Source of the DNA: Candidatus Omnitrophota bacterium
GTDB lineage: Bacteria > Omnitrophota > Gorgyraeia > Duberdicusellales > 4484-171
NCBI GenBank assembly: GCA_003154195.1
Contig: PMCS01000024.1
Span: 64,028-128,027 of the forward strand
Reading direction: 5' to 3'
DNA length: 64,000 nucleotides
Under the pieces are notes generated by a model. That model did no database searches. It was not told the DNA's origin and was given only the letters and a program-made list of their open reading frames with translations. The position numbers were made by a program, and so were the translations under genes. Positions 48,301-58,373 of the stretch are shown here, piece after piece (the stretch's first letter is position 1; each line of letters starts with the position of its first letter).

Positions 48301-48780
48301 ATCCGCAAGCCGATAGGCTTCTTCGGTTTTATTGCCGATTATTGCCTGGGCGATTTCCCCTTTCAGGCAGGCGCTTAAACCAATCAGCCCCTTAGCGTGC
48401 TGACGCAAGAGCTCTTTGTCGATGCGCGGTTTATAGTAAAAACCCTCTAGGTGTCCGAGGCTTGCCAGTTTAACTAAATTTTTGTAACCTTCCTCGTCTT
48501 TGACTAATAAAATCAGGTGGCAATTTCCTTCTTCATTATTTTTCTCAAAACGGCTTTTCGGCGCGACATAAAGTTCGCATCCGATTATCGGCTTCACCCC
48601 CGCTTTCATGCAAAGAGCGTAGAATTTAATCGCACCGTATAAATTACCGTGGTCGGTTATGGCCAAAGCCGGCAGTTTATACTGTACCGCTTTTTCCACA
48701 AGCTTTTCGACCAGGCAGGCGCCATCAAGAAGGCTGTACTGAGAGTGGATGTGCAAGTGGACAAAGTCGCTGTGCGCCAT
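45385..48780 (-). CDS. dnaE: DNA polymerase III alpha subunit
   Basis: N-terminal PHP domain (HLHIHSQYSLLDGA), polymerase core and OB domain; 1131 aa. Confidence 0.95.
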   Translation of the reverse strand: MAHSDFVHLHIHSQYSLLDGACLVEKLVEKAVQYKLPALAITDHGNLYGAIKFYALCMKAGVKPIIGCELYVAPKSRFEKNNEEGNCHLILLVKDEEGYKNLVKLASLGHLEGFYYKPRIDKELLRQHAKGLIGLSACLKGEIAQAIIGNKTEEAYRLADDYLNIFGKGNFYLEIMENGIAEQVKVNQCLMKISRELDIPVVATNDVHYLDRSDSFAHEVLLCIQTQTTISDPKRFKFSSDTFYFRSPAEMKSIFAEIPQAVKNTLEITQKCNLTMEFSKFHLPHFPLPHGQSDEELLKKICYENLPRRFPGASKEINDRLDYELGVINKMGFPSYFLIVWDLIKFARENNIPVGPGRGSSAGSIVSYLLGITSINPLKYNLLFERFLNPARISMPDIDMDFCYEKRSRVIEYVAQKYGKDNVAQIITFGTMQARAVVRDVGRAMDFAYSEVDKIAKMIPQIIGHQVTLNEAIKNTPELAAIYKTDERIKKLIDVAVRLEGLSRHASTHAAGVVISDRPLIERTPLSRGSEGELVTGFDMESLEKTGLLKMDFLGLKTLTVIADTSKIIKRTRGIDIDIDSLALDDKKTFRLLVEAKTIGVFQLESRGMREILRKINPTRFEDLIAVLALYRPGPLGSGMVDDFIERKQGRKKVTYLHPLLESVLNETYGIILYQEQTMQIVSKLAGFSMAQADLLRKAIGKKIPEIMEEQRTSFVEGCKKNNININIANQIFDLIDFFSGYGFNKSHSAAYAMISYQTAYLKANYPVEFVAALLTSERNNTDKVVEYVNEAGNMGIKILPPDVNISFTNFTVTDDNNIRFGLMAIKNVGAAALESILNVRKEKKFEDIFDFADRVDSRTVNKKVIESLIKSGAMDSFGLKRAQMMALMDRLLTKDGKKIDASQLTFFETKKDKSIPEIEEWPMEQILSFEKTLLGLYVTSHPLFSYAEFIKYIKRDEIASLYEQETRQEINICAILDKVRVILTKKTGARMAILKLEDETAGVEAFVFPKLFEQTAQYLNEKSILVIKGKLEAKDKIPKILVERVIPIDQLMSHLKDIRIFIENNKLPIAELKNIFASNKGTVPVLFVFRDSKFQGLKIKSGVNIGLSPTQENLKEIGALVGAGNLALTL

Positions 48781-48790
48781 ATTTTATGTT

Positions 48791-50332
48791 TCATTCCCAC
48801 TCGATCGTAGCGGGAGGTTTGGAGCTGATATCAAAAACCACACGGTTGATACCTTTTACTTTATTAATGATTTCGTTGGATATTTCTTCCAGCACTTCAT
48901 AAGGAAGGCGCGTCCAGTCGGCGGTCATACCGTCGGTGCTATTCACGCAACGCAACGCCGCCACATTTTCATAGGTTCGTTTGTCGCCCATCACGCCGAC
49001 CGTTTTCAACGGTAAAAGAACCGTAAACGACTGCCAGATTTTTTCATAAAGGCCGTGCTTGCGTATGATTTGCTCCACTTTGCTATCGGCTTCCTGCAGC
49101 AAGCGGATCCGCTCCCCGGTTATTTCGCCGACAATCCTGACTGCCAGTCCCGGCCCGGGAAAAGGCTGGCGAGTAATGATTTGTTCGGGTACCCCCAGCT
49201 TCCTGCCGATTTCCCGGACCTCGTCCTTAAATAATTCCCTAAAAGGTTCAACGAGCTTAAGGCGCATTTTCTCCGGCAGCCCCCCGACGTTATGGTGGCT
49301 TTTGATTTTGGCGGTCGGCCCGCCGAATGCCGGTATCGATTCGATGACATCGGGATAAAGCGTCCCTTGGGCGAGAAAATTAACGCCTTCAACCTCAAGC
49401 GCCTCGGCGTTAAAAACATTGATAAATTCATGGCCGATTATTTTACGTTTTTTTTCCGGGTCGACAACGCCTTCGAGAAGCTTCAGGAAACTTCGCGAAG
49501 CGTCCACATAACGAAGATTTATTTTAAAGTTTTGGGCAAATAATTTCTGCACGTTTTCGGCTTCGCCCTTGCGCAACAGCCCGTTATTCACAAAAATGCA
49601 AGTCAGGCGTTTGCCGATTGCCCTATTAATAAGTACCGCCGCCACCGACGAATCCACTCCGCCGGAAAGCCCCAGGATTACCTTTCCCGACGGTCCGACC
49701 TGTTTGCGTATTTGTTTGATTTTTGTTTCGATAAAATCTTCCAATTGCCAATCGGCGTTGCAGCCGCATATCCGGAATAAAAAGTTGGAAATTATTTGAG
49801 AGCCATATTCGGTATGGACCACTTCCGGGTGAAACTGTACCCCGTATATTTTTTTCCGGGTATCGCCGATTGCGGCGTAAGCCGTATTGTCGGTATGCGC
49901 GAGCTTAGCAAAACCTGCCGGCAACGTTTTTACCGCGTCGCCGTGGCTCATCCAGGAAGTAATCTTAGACGGCAGGGTAAAAAATAAATCATGATGGCTG
50001 TCGATAAACATTACCGCTTTCCCATACTCCCGTTCTTGCGAAGGCTTGACTTTCCCGCCAAGAGAATGAGTAAGCAGCTGCTTACCGTAGCATATTCCCA
50101 GAATCGGCACGCCCAGTTCGAATATTTTTTTATCGATACCGGGAGCGTTTTTATCGTAAACGCTGTTGGGGCCGCCGGAAAGAATGATACCTTTGGGGCG
50201 ATACCGCTTTATTTTTTTCAAATCCAGAACGCATGGTTCGATTATACTGAATACCTTAAGTTCGCGGACCCGGCGGGCGATCAACTGGGTATACTGCGAG
50301 CCAAAATCCAGGATTAATATTGCGTTATTCAT
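48791..50332 (-). CDS. guaA: GMP synthase (glutamine-hydrolysing)
   Basis: GATase domain (GICYGKQ) plus ATP-PPase SGGVDSSV motif; 513 aa. Confidence 0.95.
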   Translation of the reverse strand: MNNAILILDFGSQYTQLIARRVRELKVFSIIEPCVLDLKKIKRYRPKGIILSGGPNSVYDKNAPGIDKKIFELGVPILGICYGKQLLTHSLGGKVKPSQEREYGKAVMFIDSHHDLFFTLPSKITSWMSHGDAVKTLPAGFAKLAHTDNTAYAAIGDTRKKIYGVQFHPEVVHTEYGSQIISNFLFRICGCNADWQLEDFIETKIKQIRKQVGPSGKVILGLSGGVDSSVAAVLINRAIGKRLTCIFVNNGLLRKGEAENVQKLFAQNFKINLRYVDASRSFLKLLEGVVDPEKKRKIIGHEFINVFNAEALEVEGVNFLAQGTLYPDVIESIPAFGGPTAKIKSHHNVGGLPEKMRLKLVEPFRELFKDEVREIGRKLGVPEQIITRQPFPGPGLAVRIVGEITGERIRLLQEADSKVEQIIRKHGLYEKIWQSFTVLLPLKTVGVMGDKRTYENVAALRCVNSTDGMTADWTRLPYEVLEEISNEIINKVKGINRVVFDISSKPPATIEWE

Positions 50333-50504
50333 ATTTTAACCTGCGAGTTATCCATAATTTATTACAGCGCATCCTTCAAAGGGGAAAGTTTGAAAACCGC
50401 AGGTTTTCGAAACAGATAAAAAAATTCCGTCGATGAGAAACGTAATACAGGCGCAAACTATCTCCTAGTTTTACCGGAAGAAACGCCGTTCGTAAGGAAT
50501 TTTT

Positions 50505-51665
50505 TTATTTGCCCATCCCTACTCGCTGTACAGCCTGGAAAAGTTTTCCTTCGGTTTGTATCGACGGGGCAATGATAATTTCCACAAAATGCATATCTTT
50601 AATCATCCTGGCTCCCAGGGAACCCATCGAAGTGGCCAACGCGCCCATCAGGTTTTGCGAACCGTCGTCGACAACCGCCGGGCCGAATAATATACTTTCC
50701 AGATTTCCCGATACGCCTACTTCGATTCTTGTCCCCCTCGGCAGATTTCCGTGGCTGGTAGCCATGCCCCAGTGAAACCCCCTGCCGGGAGCTTCTTTGG
50801 CGCGGGCAAAGGCCGAGCCGATCATTACCGCATCGGAACCGCAGGCAAACGCTTTACACACATCGCCGCCGCGCCGCATCCCGCCGTCGGTGATTATCGG
50901 TACATATTTACCGGTTTTTTGATAATAAAAATCTCTTGCCGCGGCGCAATCGATTGTCGCGGTAACCTGCGGCACGCCGATACCCAGTACCCCTCTTGTC
51001 GTACACGCCGCGCCCGGCCCAACCCCGACCAATATCCCGGAGCACCCGGTTTCCAGTAATTCCACCGTGACATCATAAGTAACGCAATTTCCCAGAATTA
51101 CCGGAACTTTGCGTTCGGAGCAGAATTTTGTTAAATCAAGAGGCGTGTATTTAGTTGAAACGTGATGGGCGGTGGTTACGGTCGACTGGACTACGAAACA
51201 ATCCACTCCGGCTTCTTCGGCCAACAGCGCAAACTTAGCGGCATTTTGTGGTATGCAGCTTACTGCGGCATAACCGCCCTTTTCTTTTATTTCCGCGACG
51301 CGCTTGGCGACAAGTTTTTCTTTTATCGGAGTGGTATATATCTTTTGAATTAAATTAGTCGCTTCCTGCGGGGAAGCTTTGGCAATATCTTCCAATACCG
51401 ACCGGGGATTATCATAACGGGTCTGGACGCCGTCTAAGTTTAAAACCGCGATGCCGCCGAGTTTGGACATGGCGATGGCAAATTCGACATCAACTACCCC
51501 GTCCATCGCCGCGGCGATAATCGGAATATTGAATTTTTTTCCGCTCAATTCCCAACTGGCATCAACCTCTTCGGGATTTAAAGTAACCTTGCCCGGGGCA
51601 AGGGCAATTTCGTCAAAACCATAACAACGCCTCGCGCGCCTGCCGATTCCTACCCATTCTGCCAT
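50505..51665 (-). CDS. guaB: IMP dehydrogenase-family protein lacking the CBS subdomain
   Basis: Catalytic-loop GVGPGAACTTR (IMPDH GIGPGSICTTR); 386 aa; adjacent to guaA; strong GGAGGTG SD before the start. Confidence 0.75.
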   Translation of the reverse strand: MAEWVGIGRRARRCYGFDEIALAPGKVTLNPEEVDASWELSGKKFNIPIIAAAMDGVVDVEFAIAMSKLGGIAVLNLDGVQTRYDNPRSVLEDIAKASPQEATNLIQKIYTTPIKEKLVAKRVAEIKEKGGYAAVSCIPQNAAKFALLAEEAGVDCFVVQSTVTTAHHVSTKYTPLDLTKFCSERKVPVILGNCVTYDVTVELLETGCSGILVGVGPGAACTTRGVLGIGVPQVTATIDCAAARDFYYQKTGKYVPIITDGGMRRGGDVCKAFACGSDAVMIGSAFARAKEAPGRGFHWGMATSHGNLPRGTRIEVGVSGNLESILFGPAVVDDGSQNLMGALATSMGSLGARMIKDMHFVEIIIAPSIQTEGKLFQAVQRVGMGK

Positions 51666-52181
51666 ATAACACCTCCGTTATTTTTTGCTGCGCAAAAAAT
51701 AAATGTCATTAAAAAACTTACTCGCCACAAATAATGAAGCTCCACGCCCTTACAACTGCGGTCTTCTAGTGCATGGATAGATGTCGTTAACCGAAAATAC
51801 CGCTTGCCGCGGGGTAGGCGTTAAACACATTTTTTCGACCATAGATTAATTATTTATTATATCAGAATAAAATAAAATAGGAAGTTTTTCGAGATTTTTT
51901 ATAATTGCGTTTTTATTTTAAAGGAAGCTGGGAAGTTTTGGAAAAATAAGGAGGAACAAACCGTAAAATACTTTTATCCCCGATCGTCAATTGCGCGGAT
52001 TTAAAGAATTGAAGAATAAAGCTATCTCGACGAACCGATTATTTTTATCCCTACAAACATCCCTCAAGTGAGACAAAACAAGTCTGACTTAAAGCGTATC
52101 ATATGATACAAAAAAGGTCTGACTTAAAGTGTCTTGTTTGGCGGAAAATCAGTGGATATTCTTGGGGTTTTCTTTTAAACC

Positions 52182-54059
52182 TTAATCGTCAAAATCCTTG
52201 ATATGTTTTTTAGCCTCATCCCCTTCTTTTGACTGGCCGCAGAACCTATCGAGGCTGTCGTGGAATTCTTTGTGTTCGTCGTCTTTATCTTTGCCGTGGT
52301 CAAAACGGTCTTTGGAAGAGAATACTTTTTTGATAATATCCGTGCCTTCAAAGATTAGGCCGTTCTTGAGTTTGCCGGTGACAACGAAGGTAGTGTCAAT
52401 GGGTTTTTGGGTGATGTCCTGGCGCCGGAAGATAAGAATGGCCCCTTTGTCGCGGCAGGAGATTATTTTTAAAGCTTTAGCCCCATCGCAGGAAGCTTCG
52501 GCTATCGGCTCGTTTTGATAAGGCGAAGGCAGCCGGACAAGGGCGATAAAGATTCCTTTGTTTCTTAAGAATACTTCCGGTTTGATGGTTACTTCGGCTT
52601 TGATTTTAGCAATCGGGGAAACAGTAAAAGTTATTGGCCTGGTGGTGGTATTGCCGACTTTATCGGTTGCGTTAATGATTAAAGAATGTTGGCCAGCCGA
52701 AGGAGTAATCTGGGTCTGGTTGGTTATATCCGTCGTATTGTCGAGAGTGACGGTTTTAGCGGCAATGCCGGAGAGATTGTCGGTTGCCGTCCAGGTTAGG
52801 GGGATTGCTTGGCCGGACACGTAGCTTTTTTGGTCAATCGGAGAAACTAAATTGATAGTTGGGCCAGTTTTGTCCAGATTGACGGTTACGGAAGCAGTTG
52901 CTTCGTTGTCGGCAATATCAAGGGCTACACCTTTGACTACCTGGCCGGAACCTTCGGTGGAAATAACTCCCGACGTGGGAGTGACGGTGACTGATTTAAC
53001 GCCGGAAAGTTTATCGGTAGCGTCGAAAGACACGGTTACGTCGCTCTTATTCCAGCCGGCAGGGTTGGGCTGGGGCGAGACCTTAGCGGCGATGAGGGGA
53101 AGGGTTTTGTCGAGTTTGATTTCGGTGGTTAGTTGGCCGGTGTCATTGCCTTCTTTGTCCGAAGCGCCGTAACGCATTAGGTTAATTCCTTCGATAGAAA
53201 ATGGAATAACAGTCTGAGTATTTTTAACAAATGTCGTTTTTGCATTAAGATAAGGAAAACTGTAGGTTATTTCCCTTATTCCTGATCCTCCTTCGTTATC
53301 CTGCGCGGTCAAGGTTATGGTTAAATCCTGATTATACCAACCGACAGGGTTAGGGCCAGGTTTAATATCTATTTGGCAGGTAGGTGGGGTGGTTTCTTTG
53401 GGGCGGATACCACTTGGCAGAGATACCTCCACGGCAATCTGACCGGTTACGTTGCCGCTGGTAACAGCAATTGTAGTTTTACCAAGATTCAATGGTTTTA
53501 TGTTGCCCTGGTTGTCTACAGAAACAACCGTTGCGTTGCCCGAAGTAAACGTTAATTTATCATAGGAAATTTCACGCGTAATGTTATCAGCATAAACGCC
53601 TTCTAAGTAAATATGGTCTTTTTCATCAGGTTTAACGTTGCTATTCCAGTCGGTTTCATAATAAAATGTACGGTAATCGCCAAAATCAAAACCAACCAAA
53701 GGAGCGGTTGGTTTAACGATAATAGATACTGTATCCATGGCGCCGTTTTGCGCAGCGTCACCGACGGCGATACCAATAGGAATAGTCCCCCCTGCCTTTA
53801 AGGGGATGGGAACAGTAAAAGAGGCCGGTAGGCTATTGAATTGATCGGCGTAAAATTGTCCTACCCCGATAGTCCCCCAATTAGCGTTAAATCCGTCAAC
53901 CGCTTCAGCCCTTACAATGATATTTTCTCCCGGAATTACTGCGGTGCCGTTTTGGGGTTCGGTTATTTTTACCCCCGGCGCCGCGAAAGATTGGTATATA
54001 GATAAATATAGGAATATGAAAGAAAAAAATAAAATGTTACTGAAAAATTTGATATTCAT
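52182..54059 (-). CDS. secreted cell-surface protein with Big_2 and repeated Ig-like domains
   Basis: Signal peptide; Big_2-like VSVDNQGNIKPLNLGKTTIAVTSGNV; three repeats of about 90 aa (PNPxGW..D.T.T...D..SG). Confidence 0.5.
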   Translation of the reverse strand: MNIKFFSNILFFSFIFLYLSIYQSFAAPGVKITEPQNGTAVIPGENIIVRAEAVDGFNANWGTIGVGQFYADQFNSLPASFTVPIPLKAGGTIPIGIAVGDAAQNGAMDTVSIIVKPTAPLVGFDFGDYRTFYYETDWNSNVKPDEKDHIYLEGVYADNITREISYDKLTFTSGNATVVSVDNQGNIKPLNLGKTTIAVTSGNVTGQIAVEVSLPSGIRPKETTPPTCQIDIKPGPNPVGWYNQDLTITLTAQDNEGGSGIREITYSFPYLNAKTTFVKNTQTVIPFSIEGINLMRYGASDKEGNDTGQLTTEIKLDKTLPLIAAKVSPQPNPAGWNKSDVTVSFDATDKLSGVKSVTVTPTSGVISTEGSGQVVKGVALDIADNEATASVTVNLDKTGPTINLVSPIDQKSYVSGQAIPLTWTATDNLSGIAAKTVTLDNTTDITNQTQITPSAGQHSLIINATDKVGNTTTRPITFTVSPIAKIKAEVTIKPEVFLRNKGIFIALVRLPSPYQNEPIAEASCDGAKALKIISCRDKGAILIFRRQDITQKPIDTTFVVTGKLKNGLIFEGTDIIKKVFSSKDRFDHGKDKDDEHKEFHDSLDRFCGQSKEGDEAKKHIKDFDD

Positions 54060-54085
54060 TTTCCTTCTCCCGTTTTTACGATAAA

Positions 54086-57067
54086 TTATTTATCAAATAG
54101 GTTACTCTCATTATTAGCGTTTAAAAGTTCGATTACGTGGCCTAAGGTATCATTTGTCGCTACATCTGTGTGGTGCTGCCATAACCTGTAAGATGCCGGT
54201 ATGGATAAGTTACCCTGTTGGCTATCAATTGACACCACAAGGTCTGAACCGGAGATTACATTAGAAATCACAGGGTAGCCGCTTTCTTCTAAAACATTAT
54301 GGATATCGTGATAATCTTTAGGTAAACCGACAATAATATATAAAGTATTACCGTTAGAATCTATTCTTGTTTGGATAGAATAGTCAGCATAGTGGCCGAT
54401 AATGCTATGCCGAGGAGTATTGATTCCTATCGAATTAATTTTTTGCATTGCCGGGCTTGTAGTCATCAGGTCTTCCACTGCGCCTTTAATAATGGACCGT
54501 CCAAAAAATTCCATAAGTGATAATAGAACATGGGCTTTCAGGCAGTGCGGGCCATTTCTGCAAGCTATCCCTGCATCCGCTAAGAAACTTCCTTTAAGTG
54601 GAGAATCAAGAGTGATAAGCTTATGGATGTCGCCAGCCCAAAAGTTTTTATTACTCAAATAAGCATAGTCGCCAGCTTCCGCCCATATTTTTGCCAACAC
54701 CCCCCCCATGCTATGACCAATAATATCTATTTGGACCATAGAAATTTTATGTTGTTTTAAATCATTCTTAGCAGTAATTATAGCTTTTTTTATCACTTCT
54801 TTATTTGTTTCAAAAGATACATCATTAGGATAATTAGGTTTAAAAATGCGAATTTTTTCAAAAGAGTTGGCTAAGGCGGTGTGAAAATCATACCCATCAT
54901 CTCTTTCTCCGCCCGTCCACATTTTAGAGCTCGACCACAACCCATGCACCAGCACCACCGGCGGACGGACGAGTTTGATTGGTTTGGTAAAACTTGAATT
55001 TGAGGTTGCGCCGGTAATATCGACTTGTAAGTTTAAGATTCTTTCCGAAGTATGTAAATCATCGATATTGTTTTGTCTTACAAAATTCTCCGGGGCCTGG
55101 TATATGGCGAAAGCGTAGTCTTTGCCGTTTACGTTTACGCTGTTGACGGCTATAGAATTACCTTCCTGTATCGGCCTATCATCAGGGGTCCGGTCGGTGG
55201 AACGAAGCAAGCCGTCTTCATTGGGAATACCGGTACCTTGAAGGGTAAAGTTTACCTGGCCGGGCGCATCGAGAGGCTGCCGCAGTAATAATCGGGTTAC
55301 CCCGTCGGTTACTCCTCCTTCGACCGGGGTACCGCCTTGGGCGAGCGTATTGACATCACCAGTCACCTCGCTTCCCATACTGTAATCGGAACCGTCAAAG
55401 AAGATCCCGACTTCGCCTTTTACCGGGAATGTCACGACTTCGAACCCGGGATAGCAATCTTTCTTTTCGGTCGAGATGAATATGGAGTAATTTCCGATTT
55501 TCGAGGTCTTTTCCAGTACCGCTTCGTAGAGGCCGGTTGATTTTTCGGTAAAGGAAAGAGGCTCGTTCTCGCTTTGCGAAGGAATCCGGGCGTAGCCGGT
55601 GATGGTATCTACCGAGGTCCGCCGGAGCGGGATAAACCGTTCGGCGGTTTCACAGGTGATGGTTACTTTATCGCCGGTTTCATATTCAGGCTTGTCGACA
55701 GTTACTTTAATATCGAGCCATCTTTTAGAAATAGGGATTAACTGCCGGACTTTGTCCTGTAAGCCGTCCGGCTGGGTGATGGTAAGGGTTACGAAGTAAT
55801 AACCTTCCTGGTCATAGCGATGGGTTACCTCGGCTCCTTGGGCAGTACCGCCTTCGCTGAATTCCCAGAGATATTGCGCAATGGGCGAAGAACCGGAAAG
55901 CGGGGGACTTGCCTTGAATACCACATCGAGGCCGAGGATGAAGGAAGAGAGTGGATAGTTAGGGACGCCGTAATCGAACTGCGCCCGGGGGTATGATTTT
56001 GGCGTAACCGCAGGCCTATCGTAGGGAACCGACGATATTTTAAGACCGTCGAAAAAAAGCGGTATGGAAAGGGAGGCGTGCGGAGATATCATTTCATAAG
56101 CGATATCGGAACATTGGAAAAAAACGTATTCACCGGAGGCAAAGACAAGATTTGTCCAGGACGCGCGGGCATTGATTACACTATACCATACCCTATGCCC
56201 AGCCGATAACCAAGACCCTACCTCATCGGAATGAGAAATAACTCCGCTGCCGGAACCACCTTTAAGAGACAAAGAATAATATGGGGAACGCATCAGCGGC
56301 CTCTGACTTCCCCATTCATCCTGCACGAACCAGTAGTCGAAAGACTGGTTAGAAAATATAGCACCGAGGGAAGGAAGTTCTATTTGCACAAGCCTTCCGG
56401 CCATCCACCAGCCGCTGACATTATCCTTTTTATCGCAATTCCATTCTTCTTGTCCGGAAATATTAAGCGAAGGGTATTCTAAGGAGTAATCGAGCTTTAC
56501 CGAGTAATCCGCGGTGGTCAGAAGATGACCAGGTGCACCGTATAAATAGCAGCTAAAATCTGCCGTTGCGATCGCGTCGGTAAGGCTAAAGGGTGGTTCG
56601 AACGACTCAGGAATAGTAATCGTCAGGCCGCCGTATCCGCCGCTGTGAGAGCGAGTCCCGCTTAAGGAGCCGCTGAACCCGGAAAGGAGGCTTTTCAGGT
56701 CGATTTCCGTACGCTCGAAGGTAACGTTAAGCGTGCGGGTTACGCCTTCGCCGATATAGACGGGTATTTCCTGAAGCATTCCGTTGAATTCAACGCCGAT
56801 GAGGTGGCTTCCCGGGAAAACGGCAATCTTTATACCGGCGTAACCGATTAACGCGCCGGAGTCGTAGACTGTTACGGCATTATAAGAAAAATGCGCGATA
56901 TTGATGATTTCCGCGCCTTCCGGGTTTAAGGCGCGAACGATTAAATAGCTGGGCTGGGGAGGCGGAGATTGCGGGAAAGCAGGGAAAACGCTAAAACCTA
57001 GCGCCAATAAAACCGACAGACAAAACGTTTTGAGGAGTTTTGAGGGAATATTCATAATTCTTGCCAT
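54086..57067 (-). CDS. large secreted multidomain protein: beta-sandwich/PKD domains plus C-terminal alpha/beta-hydrolase (lipase/esterase) domain
   Basis: Signal peptide; PKD motif (WEFSEGGTAQGAEVTHRYDQEGYYFVTLTIT); VVLVHGLWSS and nucleophile elbow IIGHSMGG. Confidence 0.6.
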   Translation of the reverse strand: MARIMNIPSKLLKTFCLSVLLALGFSVFPAFPQSPPPQPSYLIVRALNPEGAEIINIAHFSYNAVTVYDSGALIGYAGIKIAVFPGSHLIGVEFNGMLQEIPVYIGEGVTRTLNVTFERTEIDLKSLLSGFSGSLSGTRSHSGGYGGLTITIPESFEPPFSLTDAIATADFSCYLYGAPGHLLTTADYSVKLDYSLEYPSLNISGQEEWNCDKKDNVSGWWMAGRLVQIELPSLGAIFSNQSFDYWFVQDEWGSQRPLMRSPYYSLSLKGGSGSGVISHSDEVGSWLSAGHRVWYSVINARASWTNLVFASGEYVFFQCSDIAYEMISPHASLSIPLFFDGLKISSVPYDRPAVTPKSYPRAQFDYGVPNYPLSSFILGLDVVFKASPPLSGSSPIAQYLWEFSEGGTAQGAEVTHRYDQEGYYFVTLTITQPDGLQDKVRQLIPISKRWLDIKVTVDKPEYETGDKVTITCETAERFIPLRRTSVDTITGYARIPSQSENEPLSFTEKSTGLYEAVLEKTSKIGNYSIFISTEKKDCYPGFEVVTFPVKGEVGIFFDGSDYSMGSEVTGDVNTLAQGGTPVEGGVTDGVTRLLLRQPLDAPGQVNFTLQGTGIPNEDGLLRSTDRTPDDRPIQEGNSIAVNSVNVNGKDYAFAIYQAPENFVRQNNIDDLHTSERILNLQVDITGATSNSSFTKPIKLVRPPVVLVHGLWSSSKMWTGGERDDGYDFHTALANSFEKIRIFKPNYPNDVSFETNKEVIKKAIITAKNDLKQHKISMVQIDIIGHSMGGVLAKIWAEAGDYAYLSNKNFWAGDIHKLITLDSPLKGSFLADAGIACRNGPHCLKAHVLLSLMEFFGRSIIKGAVEDLMTTSPAMQKINSIGINTPRHSIIGHYADYSIQTRIDSNGNTLYIIVGLPKDYHDIHNVLEESGYPVISNVISGSDLVVSIDSQQGNLSIPASYRLWQHHTDVATNDTLGHVIELLNANNESNLFDK

Positions 57068-57133
57068 AGATATACCACCTTGGAATGAATCGCCCCACCC
57101 TTATATACAGGGGACCTCCCGTAGTATTAGAGA

Positions 57134-58126
57134 TCAGGCCGGATTAGGGATACTTTCCAACCGCTTCAAAAGTATTTCCACCACCTTTTTTCTATTTTCT
57201 TGATTGTCGGATATTAACCCTGTATCGTTGGGGGTTTTTTCGGGAATAATCGGCGTTTTATTCGAAAATAAAACGCCGATGAGATTGTCGGTTTGCGCGT
57301 CAATTTCTTTATAGTCATCCGTATAGAAAAATTCGCCGTCAAGATTAGGTTTGTTGCCATCGCCGAGGATAAATATATCGCTCTCCTTCGTAAAACAGCG
57401 GCCGACGCCGGTTATTGCTTCGTCAAAAAAATCAATATTCGGCATCCACCCGCTATCGATAAAAATTGCTTCGGCCGGGAATATTTTTAGCGGCACGATC
57501 TTTAACGCTTTGACACAGCCTTCGCCGATCGCTTCTTCAATCGAAGCATTCAGGTAAAGCTGTATCCCACGTTCATTCAAGGCGGTAGCTACCCGATTCG
57601 CGTCTTCGCCGAGGAAATCCAGCGCGGGAGCGACAATCCGCACTTCTTTTTTCAGAATCCGCAGGGTTACGGCGAGTTTTAACCCAAGCATCGATGATAC
57701 GTAGACAGCGGTATCGTTATTGAATTTCAGAAGGTCGCGTACTTTGTAGGGGTCAATATCGGAAAAATAAAAAAAACCTTCCCGATGCTCGCCGTTGACG
57801 GAAATCTTTTTTGATTTTAACCCCGAAGCCAGTACCAGCATCTGGAAAGAAAGCGGTTCGCCTTCTTTCAGGTAAATCTTTTTTCTTTTCGGATTAATTT
57901 TCTCGACCTGGCAATTAATAAACTCGATGTTGTACTCTTTCGCGAAATCATTGAGGCCGATTGTTTCTTTATGCGACAGCGATTCAAGGTAAGTGACGTT
58001 ATCGAAGTAAAATTGGCGCTTGTCGATAAGCGTAATTTTCATTTCGGTATTTTTGCCGCGTATTTTTTTTATCAGGTTAAGCCCGGAATAACCGGCGCCC
58101 AAGATGGTAATTTCTTTCATTTCCAT
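57134..58126 (-). CDS. NAD(P)/FAD-binding oxidoreductase (pyridine nucleotide-disulfide oxidoreductase-like)
   Basis: N-terminal ITILGAGYSGLNL Rossmann motif; 330 aa. Confidence 0.5.
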   Translation of the reverse strand: MEMKEITILGAGYSGLNLIKKIRGKNTEMKITLIDKRQFYFDNVTYLESLSHKETIGLNDFAKEYNIEFINCQVEKINPKRKKIYLKEGEPLSFQMLVLASGLKSKKISVNGEHREGFFYFSDIDPYKVRDLLKFNNDTAVYVSSMLGLKLAVTLRILKKEVRIVAPALDFLGEDANRVATALNERGIQLYLNASIEEAIGEGCVKALKIVPLKIFPAEAIFIDSGWMPNIDFFDEAITGVGRCFTKESDIFILGDGNKPNLDGEFFYTDDYKEIDAQTDNLIGVLFSNKTPIIPEKTPNDTGLISDNQENRKKVVEILLKRLESIPNPA

Positions 58127-58138
58127 AGCTTAGTTATT

Positions 58139-58167
58139 TTTGCCACAAAGGCACCAAGACACTAAGA
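58139..58167 (+). promoter_or_regulatory. sigma-70-like promoter (TTGCCA-17 nt-TAAGAT) in a repeat; inverted partner copy at 58318-58350
   Basis: The same 17-nt spacer caaaggcaccaagacac as at 22611-22639. Confidence 0.4.
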
Positions 58168-58373
58168 TTATAAAAAATGGCAATAGCCCTTGCTCCGAAT
58201 TTCACTGCAAATCACAAATTTTAAAGTGAATTACCCCCGACTTCGTCGGTGGTTTAGTATCACGCCCTTTGGCTTGATTTCGGTAAAGTCTCATTAATTA
58301 ATCGGTAATTATTGATTTTTCTTAGTGCCCTTGTGTCTTTGTGGCTAAATTCTTTTATACCCGCCCGCCAAAT

